From Gammaproteobacteria bacterium (GTDB taxonomy: Bacteria; Pseudomonadota; Gammaproteobacteria; JAJFKG01): DNA of 64,000 nucleotides. The stretch is taken from the NCBI GenBank assembly GCA_021773335.1, contig JAJFKG010000032.1, positions 13,506 to 77,505 on the forward strand. Reading direction: 5' to 3'. Numbering within the stretch: position 1 is the stretch's first letter; each line of letters begins with the position of its first letter. Shown here piece after piece: positions 18,443 to 28,751 of the stretch. The notes beneath the pieces are model-generated. The model saw nothing but the letters and a program-made list of their open reading frames with translations. It was not told the origin of the DNA and ran no database searches. A program made the translations under genes and the position numbers.

Positions 18443-20875
18443 ATGGTTTTTATCGACATTGCTGTTTTGATCGTTTGTATTCTGAGTTTGGGTTTTGTGC
18501 GCGCCGGCATGAAGTGTTGGTTGCCGACGTCGACAATAGTGTTGCTGTTGTTAAGTTACTTCCAAACTTTGCATTGGAGTGTTCTCATTGTCGCGTGGGC
18601 ATTGTTAATGATAACCGTCGTCGTGTTTGGTATTCCTTGGCTGCGGGTGACACTCTTATCGCGTCCTTTCTACAAACGTTTTCAAAAACTCTTACCACCC
18701 ATGAGTCGTACCGAGAAAGAAGCACTAGACGCCGGTGACGTGTGGTGGGATGGTGATTTATTCGCAGGGCGACCGCATTGGCAAACCTGGCTAGACAAGC
18801 CCAAACCAAGTTTGAACACAGAAGAACAAGCTTTCATCGACAATCAAGTCGAAACACTGTGTGCCATGCTAGATGATTGGCAAATCAGCTTCAAAGATAA
18901 AGATTTGTCGCAAACTGTCTGGGATTACTTGAAAAAAGAACGTTTCTTTGGCTTGGCTATTCCCAAAGCGTTTGGTGGTATGGGCTTTAGTGCGCAAGCA
19001 CAATCGGCCGTTATTGTGAAGATTGCATCACGCAGTGTCAGTACGGCAGTGAACGCAATGGTGCCCAACTCGTTAGGGCCGGGTGAATTGTTAGTGCATT
19101 ATGGCACGGATGAACAAAAACAGCGTTGGTTACCCGGTTTGGCCAAAGGCGATGAAATTCCCTGTTTCGCATTGACTAGTGAAGAAGTCGGTAGTGATGC
19201 CGGTGGCTTGGTTGATTATGGCGTTGTGTGCAAGGGTGAGTACAACGGTGAAGAAGTTTTGGGAATGCGTTTAACGTGGAACAAACGCTACATCACCTTG
19301 GCACCTGTTGCGACGGTGTTAGGGCTTGCAGTGAAACTTTCTGACCCTGACAAGTTGCTGGGCGGTGAAAGTAACCTAGGGATCACGTTGTGCTTGATTC
19401 CAACGTCACACCCAGGCGTTGAAGTAGGCAAACGTCATTACCCAATGAGCTTGGCATTTATGAATGGTACAACGCGCGGCAAAGATGTGTTTGTGCCGTT
19501 GGACTGGATAATCGGTGGGCAACAAAATGCGGGCAATGGTTGGCGCATGTTGATGGATTGTTTGTCAACGGGGAGGGCGGTTTCACTACCCGCGTTAAGC
19601 ACTGCAAATGGCCAATTATGTTATCGAATGACCGGTGCCTATGCGCGCTTACGTAAACAATTTCGTTTAGCGATCGGGCAATTTGAAGGTGTGCAAGAAG
19701 CTATGGCGGATATTGCGGGTTTTACGTACATGATGAATGCCACGCGCGGCTTGAGTTGTTCCGCAGTTGACCAAGGCAACAAACCGTCAGTTGTGTCTGC
19801 GATTGCAAAATATCACATGACGGAAATGAGCCGCAAAATTATGGAGCGGGCGATGGATATCCACGCTGGGCGTGGGATCCAGATGGGGCCGCGCAATTAT
19901 TTGGCGGGGGGATATTTAGGCATCCCAGTGGGCATCACGGTCGAAGGGGCCAATATTTTAACGCGTAATTTGATGATCTTTGGTCAAGGTGCAGTGCGCT
20001 GTCATCCGTTCATCCTACAAGAGATGGAAGCAGTGCAAGCTGAAGATTCACGTAAAGGATTAAAAAGTTTTGATAAGCTGTTGTATTCACACATAGGCTT
20101 CGCTGTTAGCAATTTCATTCGTTGTTTAACTATGGGGTTATTTGGTGTCTCCATGGTGCAACGCCCAGTGTCAGGACCGACCGCTCATTATTTTCGTCAC
20201 CTCACGCGCATGAGTAGTGCGTTAGCGTTTTTGGCGGATGTCTCTATGTTGATCTTAGGTGGTGATTTGAAACGTAAAGAAAGTTTGTCGGCGCGCTTCG
20301 GTGATGTGTTGAGCTATCTGTATTTGAGTTCAACGGTATTAAAGCATTACCATGATAATGGCGAAAATGCCGACGAATTGCCGCTTGTTCACTGGTGTTT
20401 GCAAACAAATCTCTACAAGATGCAAGATGCCATCTATCAAGTTTGTCGTAATTTTAAACCGCGTTGGTTGGGTGCGGTATTACGTTTTATCGTCTTTCCT
20501 TTAGGACGCAGTTACCGTTTGCCGAGTGATAAAACCAGCCATACGATTGCTAAAGCAATGATGCAGCCGGGTGAGTTGCGTGATCGTATGACAGACATGA
20601 TGTATGTGAATAGAGGTTTAGATGATCCGATTGGCCGTATGGAAAATGCCTTATTATTGAATGTAGAAGCGGCAACTATTGAGAGAAAACTTCAACTTGC
20701 GATGAAGTCAGGGCGCTTGCAAAAAGAATCCGATATGGAAAAATTAATTGCAGCTGGCTTGCAAGCTGAAATTATTGATAGTGCTGAGGCTGGCACTTTA
20801 CAGACAGCCGAACTCGCACGTTTGGATAGCTTGAAGGTTGATGAGTTCGACTTTGATGTGTTTAAACGGAGTTGA
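18443..20875 (+). CDS. fadE: Acyl-CoA dehydrogenase, FadE type
   Basis: 810 aa with an N-terminal membrane-associated segment followed by an acyl-CoA dehydrogenase core (FGLAIPKAFGG, CFALTSEEVGSDAG, GANILTRNLMIFGQGAVRCHP). Length and architecture match E. coli FadE. Confidence 0.9.
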   Translation: MVFIDIAVLIVCILSLGFVRAGMKCWLPTSTIVLLLLSYFQTLHWSVLIVAWALLMITVVVFGIPWLRVTLLSRPFYKRFQKLLPPMSRTEKEALDAGDVWWDGDLFAGRPHWQTWLDKPKPSLNTEEQAFIDNQVETLCAMLDDWQISFKDKDLSQTVWDYLKKERFFGLAIPKAFGGMGFSAQAQSAVIVKIASRSVSTAVNAMVPNSLGPGELLVHYGTDEQKQRWLPGLAKGDEIPCFALTSEEVGSDAGGLVDYGVVCKGEYNGEEVLGMRLTWNKRYITLAPVATVLGLAVKLSDPDKLLGGESNLGITLCLIPTSHPGVEVGKRHYPMSLAFMNGTTRGKDVFVPLDWIIGGQQNAGNGWRMLMDCLSTGRAVSLPALSTANGQLCYRMTGAYARLRKQFRLAIGQFEGVQEAMADIAGFTYMMNATRGLSCSAVDQGNKPSVVSAIAKYHMTEMSRKIMERAMDIHAGRGIQMGPRNYLAGGYLGIPVGITVEGANILTRNLMIFGQGAVRCHPFILQEMEAVQAEDSRKGLKSFDKLLYSHIGFAVSNFIRCLTMGLFGVSMVQRPVSGPTAHYFRHLTRMSSALAFLADVSMLILGGDLKRKESLSARFGDVLSYLYLSSTVLKHYHDNGENADELPLVHWCLQTNLYKMQDAIYQVCRNFKPRWLGAVLRFIVFPLGRSYRLPSDKTSHTIAKAMMQPGELRDRMTDMMYVNRGLDDPIGRMENALLLNVEAATIERKLQLAMKSGRLQKESDMEKLIAAGLQAEIIDSAEAGTLQTAELARLDSLKVDEFDFDVFKRS

Positions 20876-20884
20876 TAAGCCGCT

Positions 20885-20985
20885 GGGCGCACAGCGCCCG
20901 TAATGTTTCCGTCCCACCCCAGAGGGATGGGACGAGCCGCTCCCATCCCTCTGGGGGCACTGGTCCCATCCCTCTGGGGTGGGAC
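20885..20985. repeat. Hairpin GGGCGCacagGCGCCC, then a family-B palindromic repeat (GTCCCACCCCAGAGGGATGGGAC and its inverse)
   Basis: Arms at 20911-20933 and 20963-20985 are exact reverse complements. Related copies occur at 24626-24678 and 47136-47182. It probably doubles as the fadE terminator. Confidence 0.75.
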
Positions 20986-21101
20986 CGTAAGCTTACCGAC
21001 GCTATGCGCTCGTTCGTTATATATCCGGGCTACACCACAACTGAGCTCTGTAGTATCATCCACACCAGTTAACTCCCACTCCGATCACAAAGGGCACAAT
21101 A

Positions 21102-22403
21102 GTGGAAAATCTCAATACAACACGAGGCGGTGTCTATATTGTTGACGCCAGTCGCACGCCATTCCTCAAAGCTCGTAACAAACCCGGACCTTTCAGCGCT
21201 TCTGACTTAGCGGTTGCCAGCGGCCGTGACTTATTATTACGCCAACCATTTTCAGCCGAAGATATCGATGATGTGATTATTGGTTGTACCATGGCCAGCG
21301 CTGATGAGGCCAATATCGCGCGCATTATTGCCTTGCGCTTAGGTTGTGGTGATCAAGTGCCCGGTTGGACGGTACAACGTAATTGCGCCTCTGGCATGCA
21401 GGCGGTGGATTGTGCTTTTCAAAGCATAGCCGATGGCCGCCATGACTTAGTGTTGGCCGGGGGCACGGAAGCGATGTCACGCGCGCCTTTGCTATTCAAA
21501 CCAGCCATGGCGGCATGGTTGGGTGGCATGTATGCAGCACGCAGTTTACCTGCAAAATTGCAACAAATCGTGAAATTTCGTCCCCATTTCTTAACACCCA
21601 TTATTGCTTTGTTGCGCGGTTTAACCGATCCCGTCGTGGGTTTAAACATGGGCCAAACCGCTGAAAATGTCGCTTACCGTTTTGGCATCACGCGTCAAGC
21701 GATGGATGAATTTGCCGCGGAAAGCCACCAACGTGTGTTAACTGCACAAACACACGATCATTTTGCTTATATAACGCCACTGTTTGATACGCGCGGACAT
21801 GCTTACCAAAAAGACGATGGTGTGCGTGAAGATTCCACACCAGAACGTTTGGCGAAATTACGTCCTGTGTTTGATAAAAAATATGGCGCAGTGACCGCGG
21901 GTAATAGTTCACAAATTACCGACGGTGCCGCCTTATTGATATTGGCCAGCGAGCAAGCGGTTAAGCGTTACGAATTAAAACCCATTGCGCGCATTGTTGA
22001 TGTGCACTGGGCTGCGTTGGATCCGGCAGAAATGGGCTTAGGCCCAGTGTATGCGAGCACGCCTTTGTTGCAACGCCACGGTTTAACGTTGGATGACATT
22101 GATTATTGGGAGATTAATGAGGCGTTTGCTGCGCAAGTCTTAGGCTGTCTCGCGGCGTGGCAAGATGATCGTTATTGTGAAAAACACTTTGGTGGTTTGG
22201 CCGGCGCGTATGGGGCGATTAAACCCGAAAGTTTAAATATCGATGGTGGCGCGATTGCTCTGGGGCATCCAATTGGCGCCAGTGGTGCACGTTTGATTAT
22301 GCAATTGGCGCACATTTTACAACGCCAAGAGGCTAAGCGCGGGATCGCAACCTTGTGTATTGGTGGGGGGCAAGGTGGCGCAGTGTTGATCGAAAGGGTC
22401 TAA
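21102..22403 (+). CDS. fadA: Acetyl-CoA C-acyltransferase (3-ketoacyl-CoA thiolase), FadA/FadI type
   Basis: 433 aa with QRNCASGMQAV (active-site Cys region), NEAFAAQVL and GHPIGASGARL...CIGGGQG. The thiolase-first order and size resemble fadI-fadJ. Confidence 0.9.
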   Translation: MENLNTTRGGVYIVDASRTPFLKARNKPGPFSASDLAVASGRDLLLRQPFSAEDIDDVIIGCTMASADEANIARIIALRLGCGDQVPGWTVQRNCASGMQAVDCAFQSIADGRHDLVLAGGTEAMSRAPLLFKPAMAAWLGGMYAARSLPAKLQQIVKFRPHFLTPIIALLRGLTDPVVGLNMGQTAENVAYRFGITRQAMDEFAAESHQRVLTAQTHDHFAYITPLFDTRGHAYQKDDGVREDSTPERLAKLRPVFDKKYGAVTAGNSSQITDGAALLILASEQAVKRYELKPIARIVDVHWAALDPAEMGLGPVYASTPLLQRHGLTLDDIDYWEINEAFAAQVLGCLAAWQDDRYCEKHFGGLAGAYGAIKPESLNIDGGAIALGHPIGASGARLIMQLAHILQRQEAKRGIATLCIGGGQGGAVLIERV

Positions 22404-22404
22404 A

Positions 22405-22486
22405 GGTAGCCTTGATAAGCGCGTAGCGCGCATCAAGGTTTCGGGGCTTAGAAGAAATGGGTGTAGCCCGGAGGGTAGGGTGGGAC
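22405..22486. repeat. REP variant A' plus a hybrid A/B fragment
   Basis: GGTAGCCTTGATAAGCGCGTAGCGCGCATCAAGG (22405-22438) and GTAGCCCGGAGGGTAGGGTGGGAC (22463-22486). Confidence 0.7.
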
Positions 22487-22532
22487 CTAAAAGCAATTGA
22501 CGCTCTGCCTCCATTCATTAACAGGACATAAA

Positions 22533-24593
22533 ATGACAAACGAAGACAACTACAACAACTGGCAAGTTGAGCACGATGAAGACAATATCGTGTGGTGCGG
22601 TTTAGACCGAGAAGATAGTAATGTTAATTCTTTAAATCACCCGGTTTTAGAAGAGTTACAAACTATACTTAATGTTGTTTCTCAAGATAAAAATGGCAAA
22701 GGCTTGGTCATTTATTCACTCAAAAAAACCGGCTTTATCGTCGGCGCGGACATCGAACAATTCACTAAGATCAACAGCGAACAAGAAGCCTTTGATTTGA
22801 TCCGTCAGGGGCAAATGCTGTTTGATCAACTCGCGGATTTAGCGATTCCTACGGTCGCGATGATTGAAGGTTTTTGTTTAGGCGGGGGCATGGAAATGGC
22901 TTTGGCATGTGATTATCGCATCGCCGAAGACAGTGTTAAAACGCGTCTCGGTTTACCCGAAGTGATGTTAGGTATTCATCCGGGTTGGGGAGGCACCGTG
23001 CGTTTGCCACCGCTAGTCGGGATTCCTAACGCCATGGATATGATGTTGACCGGCCGTTTATTGCGCGCTAAAGCCGCAGCAAAAATGGGCGTGGTTACGG
23101 ATGCCGTGCCCAAACGCCACTTGCGCACAGCGGTTAAACATTGTATTCAACAGCGCCCACCGCATAAGCAACCGCCAATTTGGATGCGTTCGTTAAATCG
23201 ATCTTTTGTTCGACCTTGGTTTGCCAGTGTACTGACGAAAAAAGTGGCGGCGAAGGCGCAACGCGAACATTATCCCGCGCCGTACGCGATGATCGATAAC
23301 TGGGTGAATTTGGGTAATTGCACAAACAAGAGTGCCCGCGAGAAAGCCATGCTCACCGAAGCCAAATCGGTTGCCGAATTGATTGTCGGTGATACTGCGA
23401 AAAATTTAGTGCGTGTATTTTTCTTGCGCGAACGTATGAAAGCTATGGCCAAAGACACGCACTTCAAAGCAGAGCATGTACATGTGGTGGGTGCCGGTAT
23501 CATGGGTGGTGATATTGCCGCCTGGTGTGCTTTGCGTGGCATCAAAGTGACCTTACAAGATCGCAGTGCCGATGCGATCGCGCCGGCGATTAAACGTGCC
23601 AGTACATTATTCAAGCGACGGTTAAAAATACGCCGCGAAGCACAAGCGGCAATGGATCGTTTAACTCCCGATCCGCACGGTCATGGTGTGGCGCAAGCCG
23701 ATGTGATCATCGAAGCAATTTTTGAAAACCTGGAAGCCAAACAAGATCTTTTTAAAGACATTGAACAGCGTGCGCGCAAAGATGCGGTGTTAGCGACGAA
23801 TACCTCCAGCATCCCATTGGATGAAATTAATGCTGTGCTAGAAAACCCCGAGCGCTTGGTCGGTATCCACTTTTTTAATCCCGTGGCCAAGATGCCATTG
23901 GTCGAAGTTATTCATGGTGAGAAGTCAGCACAAAAATTCATTAACAAAGCCGCGCGCTTTGTCAGTCAAATCGATCGTTTGCCACTACCCGTTAAAAGCA
24001 GTCCTGGCTTTTTAGTGAACCGGGTGCTGATGGCATACCTTATGGAGTGTGTGGCGTTGTGGGAAGAGGGCGTGCCAGCATCTGTGATTGACCAAGCGGC
24101 ATTGGCGTTTGGCATGCCGATGGGCCCGATCGAATTGGCCGATACCGTGGGCTTAGATATTTGTCTGTCGGTGGCTGAAAATTTAACGTCGCATTTGGGC
24201 GGCAGCGTGCCGAGTATCTTAAAAGATAAAGTAGCGAAGAAACAGTTGGGTGTTAAAAGTGGGCGCGGCTTTTATACCTATAAAAACGGTAAAGCTGTTA
24301 AAGATACTAAAACGGTTTCTAAAGGCAAACGTAAAGATATCAAGCGTCGTTTGATTATGCGTTTGATCAATGAAGCCGCCGCGTGTTTGCGTGAAGGGAT
24401 TGTCAGTGATGCTGATATGATCGATGCGGGGATGATCTTTGGGACGGGGTTCGCGCCGTTTCGCGGTGGCCCAATGCAATATGCACGCACGCTTGGCAAA
24501 GAGCGTCTCGATGAACACTTCCAGCAGCTCAGTGACGTTTATGGCGAACGTTTTAAAGCGGACGCGGGTTGGGAGCTGCTCGCTGATACCTAA
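22533..24593 (+). CDS. fadB: Fatty-acid oxidation complex alpha subunit (enoyl-CoA hydratase / 3-hydroxyacyl-CoA dehydrogenase), FadB/FadJ type
   Basis: N-terminal crotonase fold (GFCLGGGMEMALACDYR) and a Rossmann motif VVGAGIMGGDIA. The start was moved to the ATG at 22533. Confidence 0.9.
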   Translation: MTNEDNYNNWQVEHDEDNIVWCGLDREDSNVNSLNHPVLEELQTILNVVSQDKNGKGLVIYSLKKTGFIVGADIEQFTKINSEQEAFDLIRQGQMLFDQLADLAIPTVAMIEGFCLGGGMEMALACDYRIAEDSVKTRLGLPEVMLGIHPGWGGTVRLPPLVGIPNAMDMMLTGRLLRAKAAAKMGVVTDAVPKRHLRTAVKHCIQQRPPHKQPPIWMRSLNRSFVRPWFASVLTKKVAAKAQREHYPAPYAMIDNWVNLGNCTNKSAREKAMLTEAKSVAELIVGDTAKNLVRVFFLRERMKAMAKDTHFKAEHVHVVGAGIMGGDIAAWCALRGIKVTLQDRSADAIAPAIKRASTLFKRRLKIRREAQAAMDRLTPDPHGHGVAQADVIIEAIFENLEAKQDLFKDIEQRARKDAVLATNTSSIPLDEINAVLENPERLVGIHFFNPVAKMPLVEVIHGEKSAQKFINKAARFVSQIDRLPLPVKSSPGFLVNRVLMAYLMECVALWEEGVPASVIDQAALAFGMPMGPIELADTVGLDICLSVAENLTSHLGGSVPSILKDKVAKKQLGVKSGRGFYTYKNGKAVKDTKTVSKGKRKDIKRRLIMRLINEAAACLREGIVSDADMIDAGMIFGTGFAPFRGGPMQYARTLGKERLDEHFQQLSDVYGERFKADAGWELLADT

Positions 24594-24625
24594 TTCAGTG
24601 CTTACACTCAAACATGAATTCATCT

Positions 24626-24786
24626 CGTCCCACCCCTCTGAGGTGGGGGACCTCGTCCTATCCTTCTGGGGTGGGACGTTTATTATACGAACGCGGAGCG
24701 TTCGCCACTATTGAGGTACCACCGCACAGCGGTGGTACCAGGGCAACTTCCCGGATGACGTTGCTACGCAACTTGTTCGGGCTACA
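24626..24786. repeat. Composite mosaic of four palindromic repeat families in the order B-D-C-A
   Basis: B 24626-24678; D CGAACGCGGAGCGTTCG 24688-24704; C GGTACCACCGCACAGCGGTGGTACC 24715-24739; A 24750-24786. Confidence 0.8.
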
Positions 24787-24884
24787 AAGCGCCATTTTTT
24801 ATGGGGAATGCTATGCCCAAGAGGGACGGGACCAGATCGGCATCAAGTTCATCTTCATCGCTAGCGTTTTCACTGTCATTAAAT

Positions 24885-25844
24885 TTACGGGAAAGTTAGC
24901 GACTCAATAGGATCACGAGCATCTTTAGCAACCCTGGGTAATACTATGTGAGTTTCTGCTTCCGGGCTAAAGCTGCCTCGAGTCTGAGGAGTGCGGGAAC
25001 TACTATGAGTATGAAAAAGCCTGCTAGGTGATTCCCAGCCTAGACTTTCGTGGATAATAAGCTCTTTTCTTGCGCTTGAAATTGAGGTTCTGACGCCTTC
25101 CTTACGCATATAACCATAGAAAATGTTAAATACTTGTCTGAGAGTTAATGTGGTGGAATTATCCTTGGCATCTTGATCAGCTAAAACAGCGGCAATCCAG
25201 CCTTGGCAAGTCTCATCAATGCATTGGTTTTCGAAATAAGTTGCTGTCTTGCAAGTATTCGTGCCAAATCCACCTTTAAAGGCCAATGCCCAAATACTCG
25301 CACGTGAAATTTTTTCGTCTTCATCTGATAATCGTGAATTGATAGCTTGCCAGAGGAGATTTACGGCAATGGTGATCTGCCTTACTGCATTTGTTTTTTT
25401 ATAATAATAGTGACTTATTGCAGCGTGGGGAACTGTTTTGCTTGAGCTGTCTGTATCTTCACTTGACGATGATTCGGCATCATCACCGGATAAGTCATCA
25501 CTGCTTATTGCTTTATCACTTGATGTATCATCCTTTATCCCATCAAGAGGGGGCAGTTTTGTCTTACATACGCCGATCAGTGTTGTCTTTATGTAAGTTA
25601 AGTGTTGCTTTGCTAGTGAATCATAAAGGCTTGCCCCATACAACGCTTGCCAGTGACCTTTTGGGCATCGGCCCATGAAATCTGGATCTGTGCCTTCTGC
25701 ACTCAGCTCTGCTGTGTCGTGGGATGAGCTACTGCTGGCAGCAACCGGGGCACCAAAAGGTGGCGCGGTTCCTGTCATCGCTTCACGTACCTGTTCATAA
25801 TACTTAGTGGCAGTGTCACTTAAATTTGTGAAAAAACTGTACAT
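24885..25844 (-). CDS. Hypothetical protein (ORFan, Ser/Asp-rich central linker)
   Basis: 319 aa ORF flanked by repeat mosaics. No motif I recognise. Central DDTSSDKAISSDDLSGDDAESSSSEDTDSSS. Confidence 0.55.
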   Translation of the reverse strand: MYSFFTNLSDTATKYYEQVREAMTGTAPPFGAPVAASSSSSHDTAELSAEGTDPDFMGRCPKGHWQALYGASLYDSLAKQHLTYIKTTLIGVCKTKLPPLDGIKDDTSSDKAISSDDLSGDDAESSSSEDTDSSSKTVPHAAISHYYYKKTNAVRQITIAVNLLWQAINSRLSDEDEKISRASIWALAFKGGFGTNTCKTATYFENQCIDETCQGWIAAVLADQDAKDNSTTLTLRQVFNIFYGYMRKEGVRTSISSARKELIIHESLGWESPSRLFHTHSSSRTPQTRGSFSPEAETHIVLPRVAKDARDPIESLTFP

Positions 25845-26012
25845 CGCTTGTCACCGGAAATATGCTCGAGCTTTCATTGAGTTCGTCGGATTTTATTGTA
25901 TCTGCTGGGTCAATCATAGGTTACAGCTTGTGCAGAATTGTAACAGGTGTGAGACTTTTGTCCATTGCGTAAATTTACGGGGACTAAGGGCCAGGTGACG
26001 GATTCGCGATCG

Positions 26013-26206
26013 CGTCCCACCCTTTGCGCTAATCAGGGAGCGAACGCGGAGCGTTCGCAATTGTTTAAGGTACCACCGCAGAGCGGTGGTACCAGGGTTG
26101 GGGTACCACCGCAGAGCGGTGGTACCAGGGTTGCTTTGAGCGGTGGTACCAGGGTTGGTTTGAGCGGTGGTACCAGGGTTAGTTTGAGTAGTGGTACCAG
26201 GGTTGG
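26013..26206. repeat. B fragment, D hairpin, then a tandem array of family-C units (2 full hairpins and 3 half units)
   Basis: GCGAACGCGGAGCGTTCGC lies at 26040-26058. GGTACCACCGCAGAGCGGTGGTACCAGGGTTGG occurs twice, then TTTGAGCGGTGGTACCAGGGTT occurs three times, up to 26206. Confidence 0.85.
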
Positions 26207-26231
26207 ATGGCGCTTACCTTGGGCTGTAAAT

Positions 26232-27590
26232 CTAATTTATTGTTAGAGTAGTGTCAGCTGGAGTAGAGCCCGGACTCGTTAGGGCGCCAGCAATATGCTC
26301 ATTATCGAGCGTTCGGGCTTTAACTTCGTGACGTGAAACACCAAAATAAGTTTTAGTATATGAGTCTCTGAACGACTTGCCTTCCTCGAACCAGTTGCTT
26401 AAATGCCAGCCTTGATAAACGATGTCTATGATCTGAGATTTTGTGAATGATTGGCTGTTGGCAGTATCAGCATTCTGAATGTTCGCATTTACTAAATCTA
26501 GAACTGTATCGATTGCATAGAGGGCCGCAACAAGACGTTGATTGTCCGCTAACAGCTCAAGGCTATCACGGAGGTAATTTGGGAAATGTTTTTCGATATA
26601 TTTGTCAAATAAGTCTCGAGCCGCTCTTTTTATTGCATTTTGGTGGTTTCTTCCGGTCGGCGTTTTATTGTGTCTATTCGATAGTAGAGGACTGTTGACA
26701 AATTGTACTGCAGCCAGTCCAGCAGCAACGCTGGCAGTGTCGATCTCGCCAGGTGCATGTGAGTTTGAGGATGACGCCTCAGCAGCTGACAAGCTTTCTG
26801 TGCTAGTTGATGATAGTGAGGCAGTTGTTTCTGCTTCAAATCGTTTTGGCCGTTCTTGTTGTATTTGCCTTCTAACTTCTAGCTCAGCCGTTAAGATTTC
26901 TCGATCACTTTCGTTGAGTGGCTTTTCGGGAGTATCACTTTTTGCTGCTTTAACCAGAATTTGTGCATATGCCCTAAAATCAACGGCCTCAGGCGTGGTT
27001 GTTGTTGAACGGCCCAAATCAGTTATTGCAATCATTTTGTCTTGGTTTGCATTGATGCAATCCACATGCGTTACAAGCTTGGCATATTCCAATGCCTTGA
27101 CCTTTTCAACAAATTCTTCAACTGCACCCGCGTTATGTGGGGTGCTCTGGGTTGAATAGTCTATAACAATACGCACATTTGTGGGAATTCGTTCGCTGAG
27201 ATAGCTGGATGCTATATTCCTGAGCGTGCCAGAAACCCCGTTTGGTAAGGCTTCGTATGATAAAAATTCAGCTGGTATAGCCACGAGGATGACGTCTGCA
27301 GGGGTTGTATGCTCACGAAGGATGCTCTGATTAAAAAAGCTTTCTGGTGCAGTGAAAACTAGCTTGTTACTGTATTCCGCATTATCTTTGTCAGTCGTGA
27401 TGGAGGAGAAAGTATAAGTGCTTGTGGACTTGCCTTGCGTAAATCGCTCTGCCAGAACGCTATTTAGTGACTTCAGGCTTGGAATCTCAGCGTTTTCCCA
27501 AGTTCCGTATGGGTTCAAGACACAAACTCTACCTGTGAATGATATTGGACTTTGAGCTTTGTTATCTCGAGTGCTGTTAAAGAAAAACAT
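26232..27590 (-). CDS. Hypothetical protein (ORFan)
   Basis: 452 aa ORF with a Ser-rich linker (ASLSSTSTESLSAAEASSSNS) between two globular-looking halves. No recognised family. Resemblance to the neighbouring GTPase-like ORF is weak, speculative, and limited to strand/GKS spacing. Confidence 0.6.
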   Translation of the reverse strand: MFFFNSTRDNKAQSPISFTGRVCVLNPYGTWENAEIPSLKSLNSVLAERFTQGKSTSTYTFSSITTDKDNAEYSNKLVFTAPESFFNQSILREHTTPADVILVAIPAEFLSYEALPNGVSGTLRNIASSYLSERIPTNVRIVIDYSTQSTPHNAGAVEEFVEKVKALEYAKLVTHVDCINANQDKMIAITDLGRSTTTTPEAVDFRAYAQILVKAAKSDTPEKPLNESDREILTAELEVRRQIQQERPKRFEAETTASLSSTSTESLSAAEASSSNSHAPGEIDTASVAAGLAAVQFVNSPLLSNRHNKTPTGRNHQNAIKRAARDLFDKYIEKHFPNYLRDSLELLADNQRLVAALYAIDTVLDLVNANIQNADTANSQSFTKSQIIDIVYQGWHLSNWFEEGKSFRDSYTKTYFGVSRHEVKARTLDNEHIAGALTSPGSTPADTTLTIN

Positions 27591-27941
27591 ACTTCCCCCT
27601 AACTCGCGCGCCCTCCCTAGCGACTGACAAGTCGTTATTAAAAAATTAATACAGCTTATTTTTTATTGTTGTCTGTGGCTTGATAAATAATCGTAAAATG
27701 ATTGTACTAATCTTTTGTGTATCGGTCAATAAGTAGTTTTCCGGACAAGATTGTCGACTGATGTTGCTGATTATTTTCGTCTATTGTACAAAAAAGTTTA
27801 GAAAAATAATAAGTTAGTTTGCTTTTTTGCGTGTTGTATTGGTGTTGAAGATGATGATTCGTTTAAATGCATAAATGAATTATTATTTTTTTTCGCTTCA
27901 GTAGCCGTTGCCGGATACAAGGTGCCAATCGTTGGATTCGA

Positions 27942-28748
27942 GTTAAACCGTAGCCCGGATAAGCGCGGCACGCGCGTCATCCGGGAGCAGCAGTGAGAAT
28001 TTCATTCACCGTACCGCATAAGCCGGTTATCATGCTCTTCACGCCCAGCCCAATCAATTGGTAATAACCCGCGTTGTACATACGCATGAAAAGAAGAATA
28101 AGGCCACTCCAAGGCCTGTTTAACCATGCCGTGTTTTACGGGATTAAAATGGATGTAGTTGATGTGCTGCTCCATATCGATTTCATCTTTAATTGTATGC
28201 TCCCAATAACGGTTTTGCCATATTGGCGATGATGACGTTTTTTTTGCTATCGAGCATGTGTCATTTTCTCTAATAGCCTTTGTGAAAGCTTTTTTTATGG
28301 CGCGTAAGCGACCGGGATAATCCGTGTCATTTTTAGGAAGTTGCCATAGGAGGTGATAGTGATCGGGCATGATTGCATATGCGATTGTTTTAAACGGTTT
28401 TTGATTTTTTACTTTTGTGTACGCGATTTTTAGTTCTTGGTGATGGCGGATTAGATAGTCATTTTTCCTATTGTACAATGTTAACGTGAAAAAGTAAGAG
28501 GCGCCTTTCACATAATTTCTGCGATAATTAACCATTGTTACTCCGGATAATTTTTTTGATCATGATGAATTTGAATGGTAGCAATAAATATGTGAGACAG
28601 ATGTAGGAAATTGGCTTGGATAGTGGTTATTTTCCCGGATGACGCACCTACGGTGCTTATCCGGGCTACGGGTGTGAGTAGTTGCGGTAGTTATTATGAG
28701 TTAAAGCGTAGCCCGGATAAGCGCGGCACGCGCGTCATCCGGGAGTAG
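27942..28748. mobile_element. REPtron-like unit: RAYT gene flanked by family-A REPs
   Basis: A nearly identical ~48 nt segment (GAGTTAAASCGTAGCCCGGATAAGCGCGGCACGCGCGTCATCCGGGAG) lies on both sides, at 27942-27987 and 28699-28745. An additional inverted REP is at 28634-28669. Confidence 0.75.
28002..28535 (-). CDS. REP-associated tyrosine transposase (RAYT; IS200/IS605-like Y1 HUH transposase)
   Basis: 177 aa with the HUH motif PDHYHLLW and a C-terminal YIHFNPVKHGMV (catalytic Tyr region), plus WPYSSF. It is flanked by REPs. Confidence 0.85.
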   Translation of the reverse strand: MVNYRRNYVKGASYFFTLTLYNRKNDYLIRHHQELKIAYTKVKNQKPFKTIAYAIMPDHYHLLWQLPKNDTDYPGRLRAIKKAFTKAIRENDTCSIAKKTSSSPIWQNRYWEHTIKDEIDMEQHINYIHFNPVKHGMVKQALEWPYSSFHAYVQRGLLPIDWAGREEHDNRLMRYGE

Positions 28749-28751
28749 CGA

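Noticed and set aside
26069-26206. Possible CRISPR array, from the regular short repeats here and at 46912-47075.
   Set aside because: The units are contiguous with no unique spacers. The period of 24-32 bp is the repeat itself. The units are halves of a dispersed palindromic repeat, and no cas genes are nearby.
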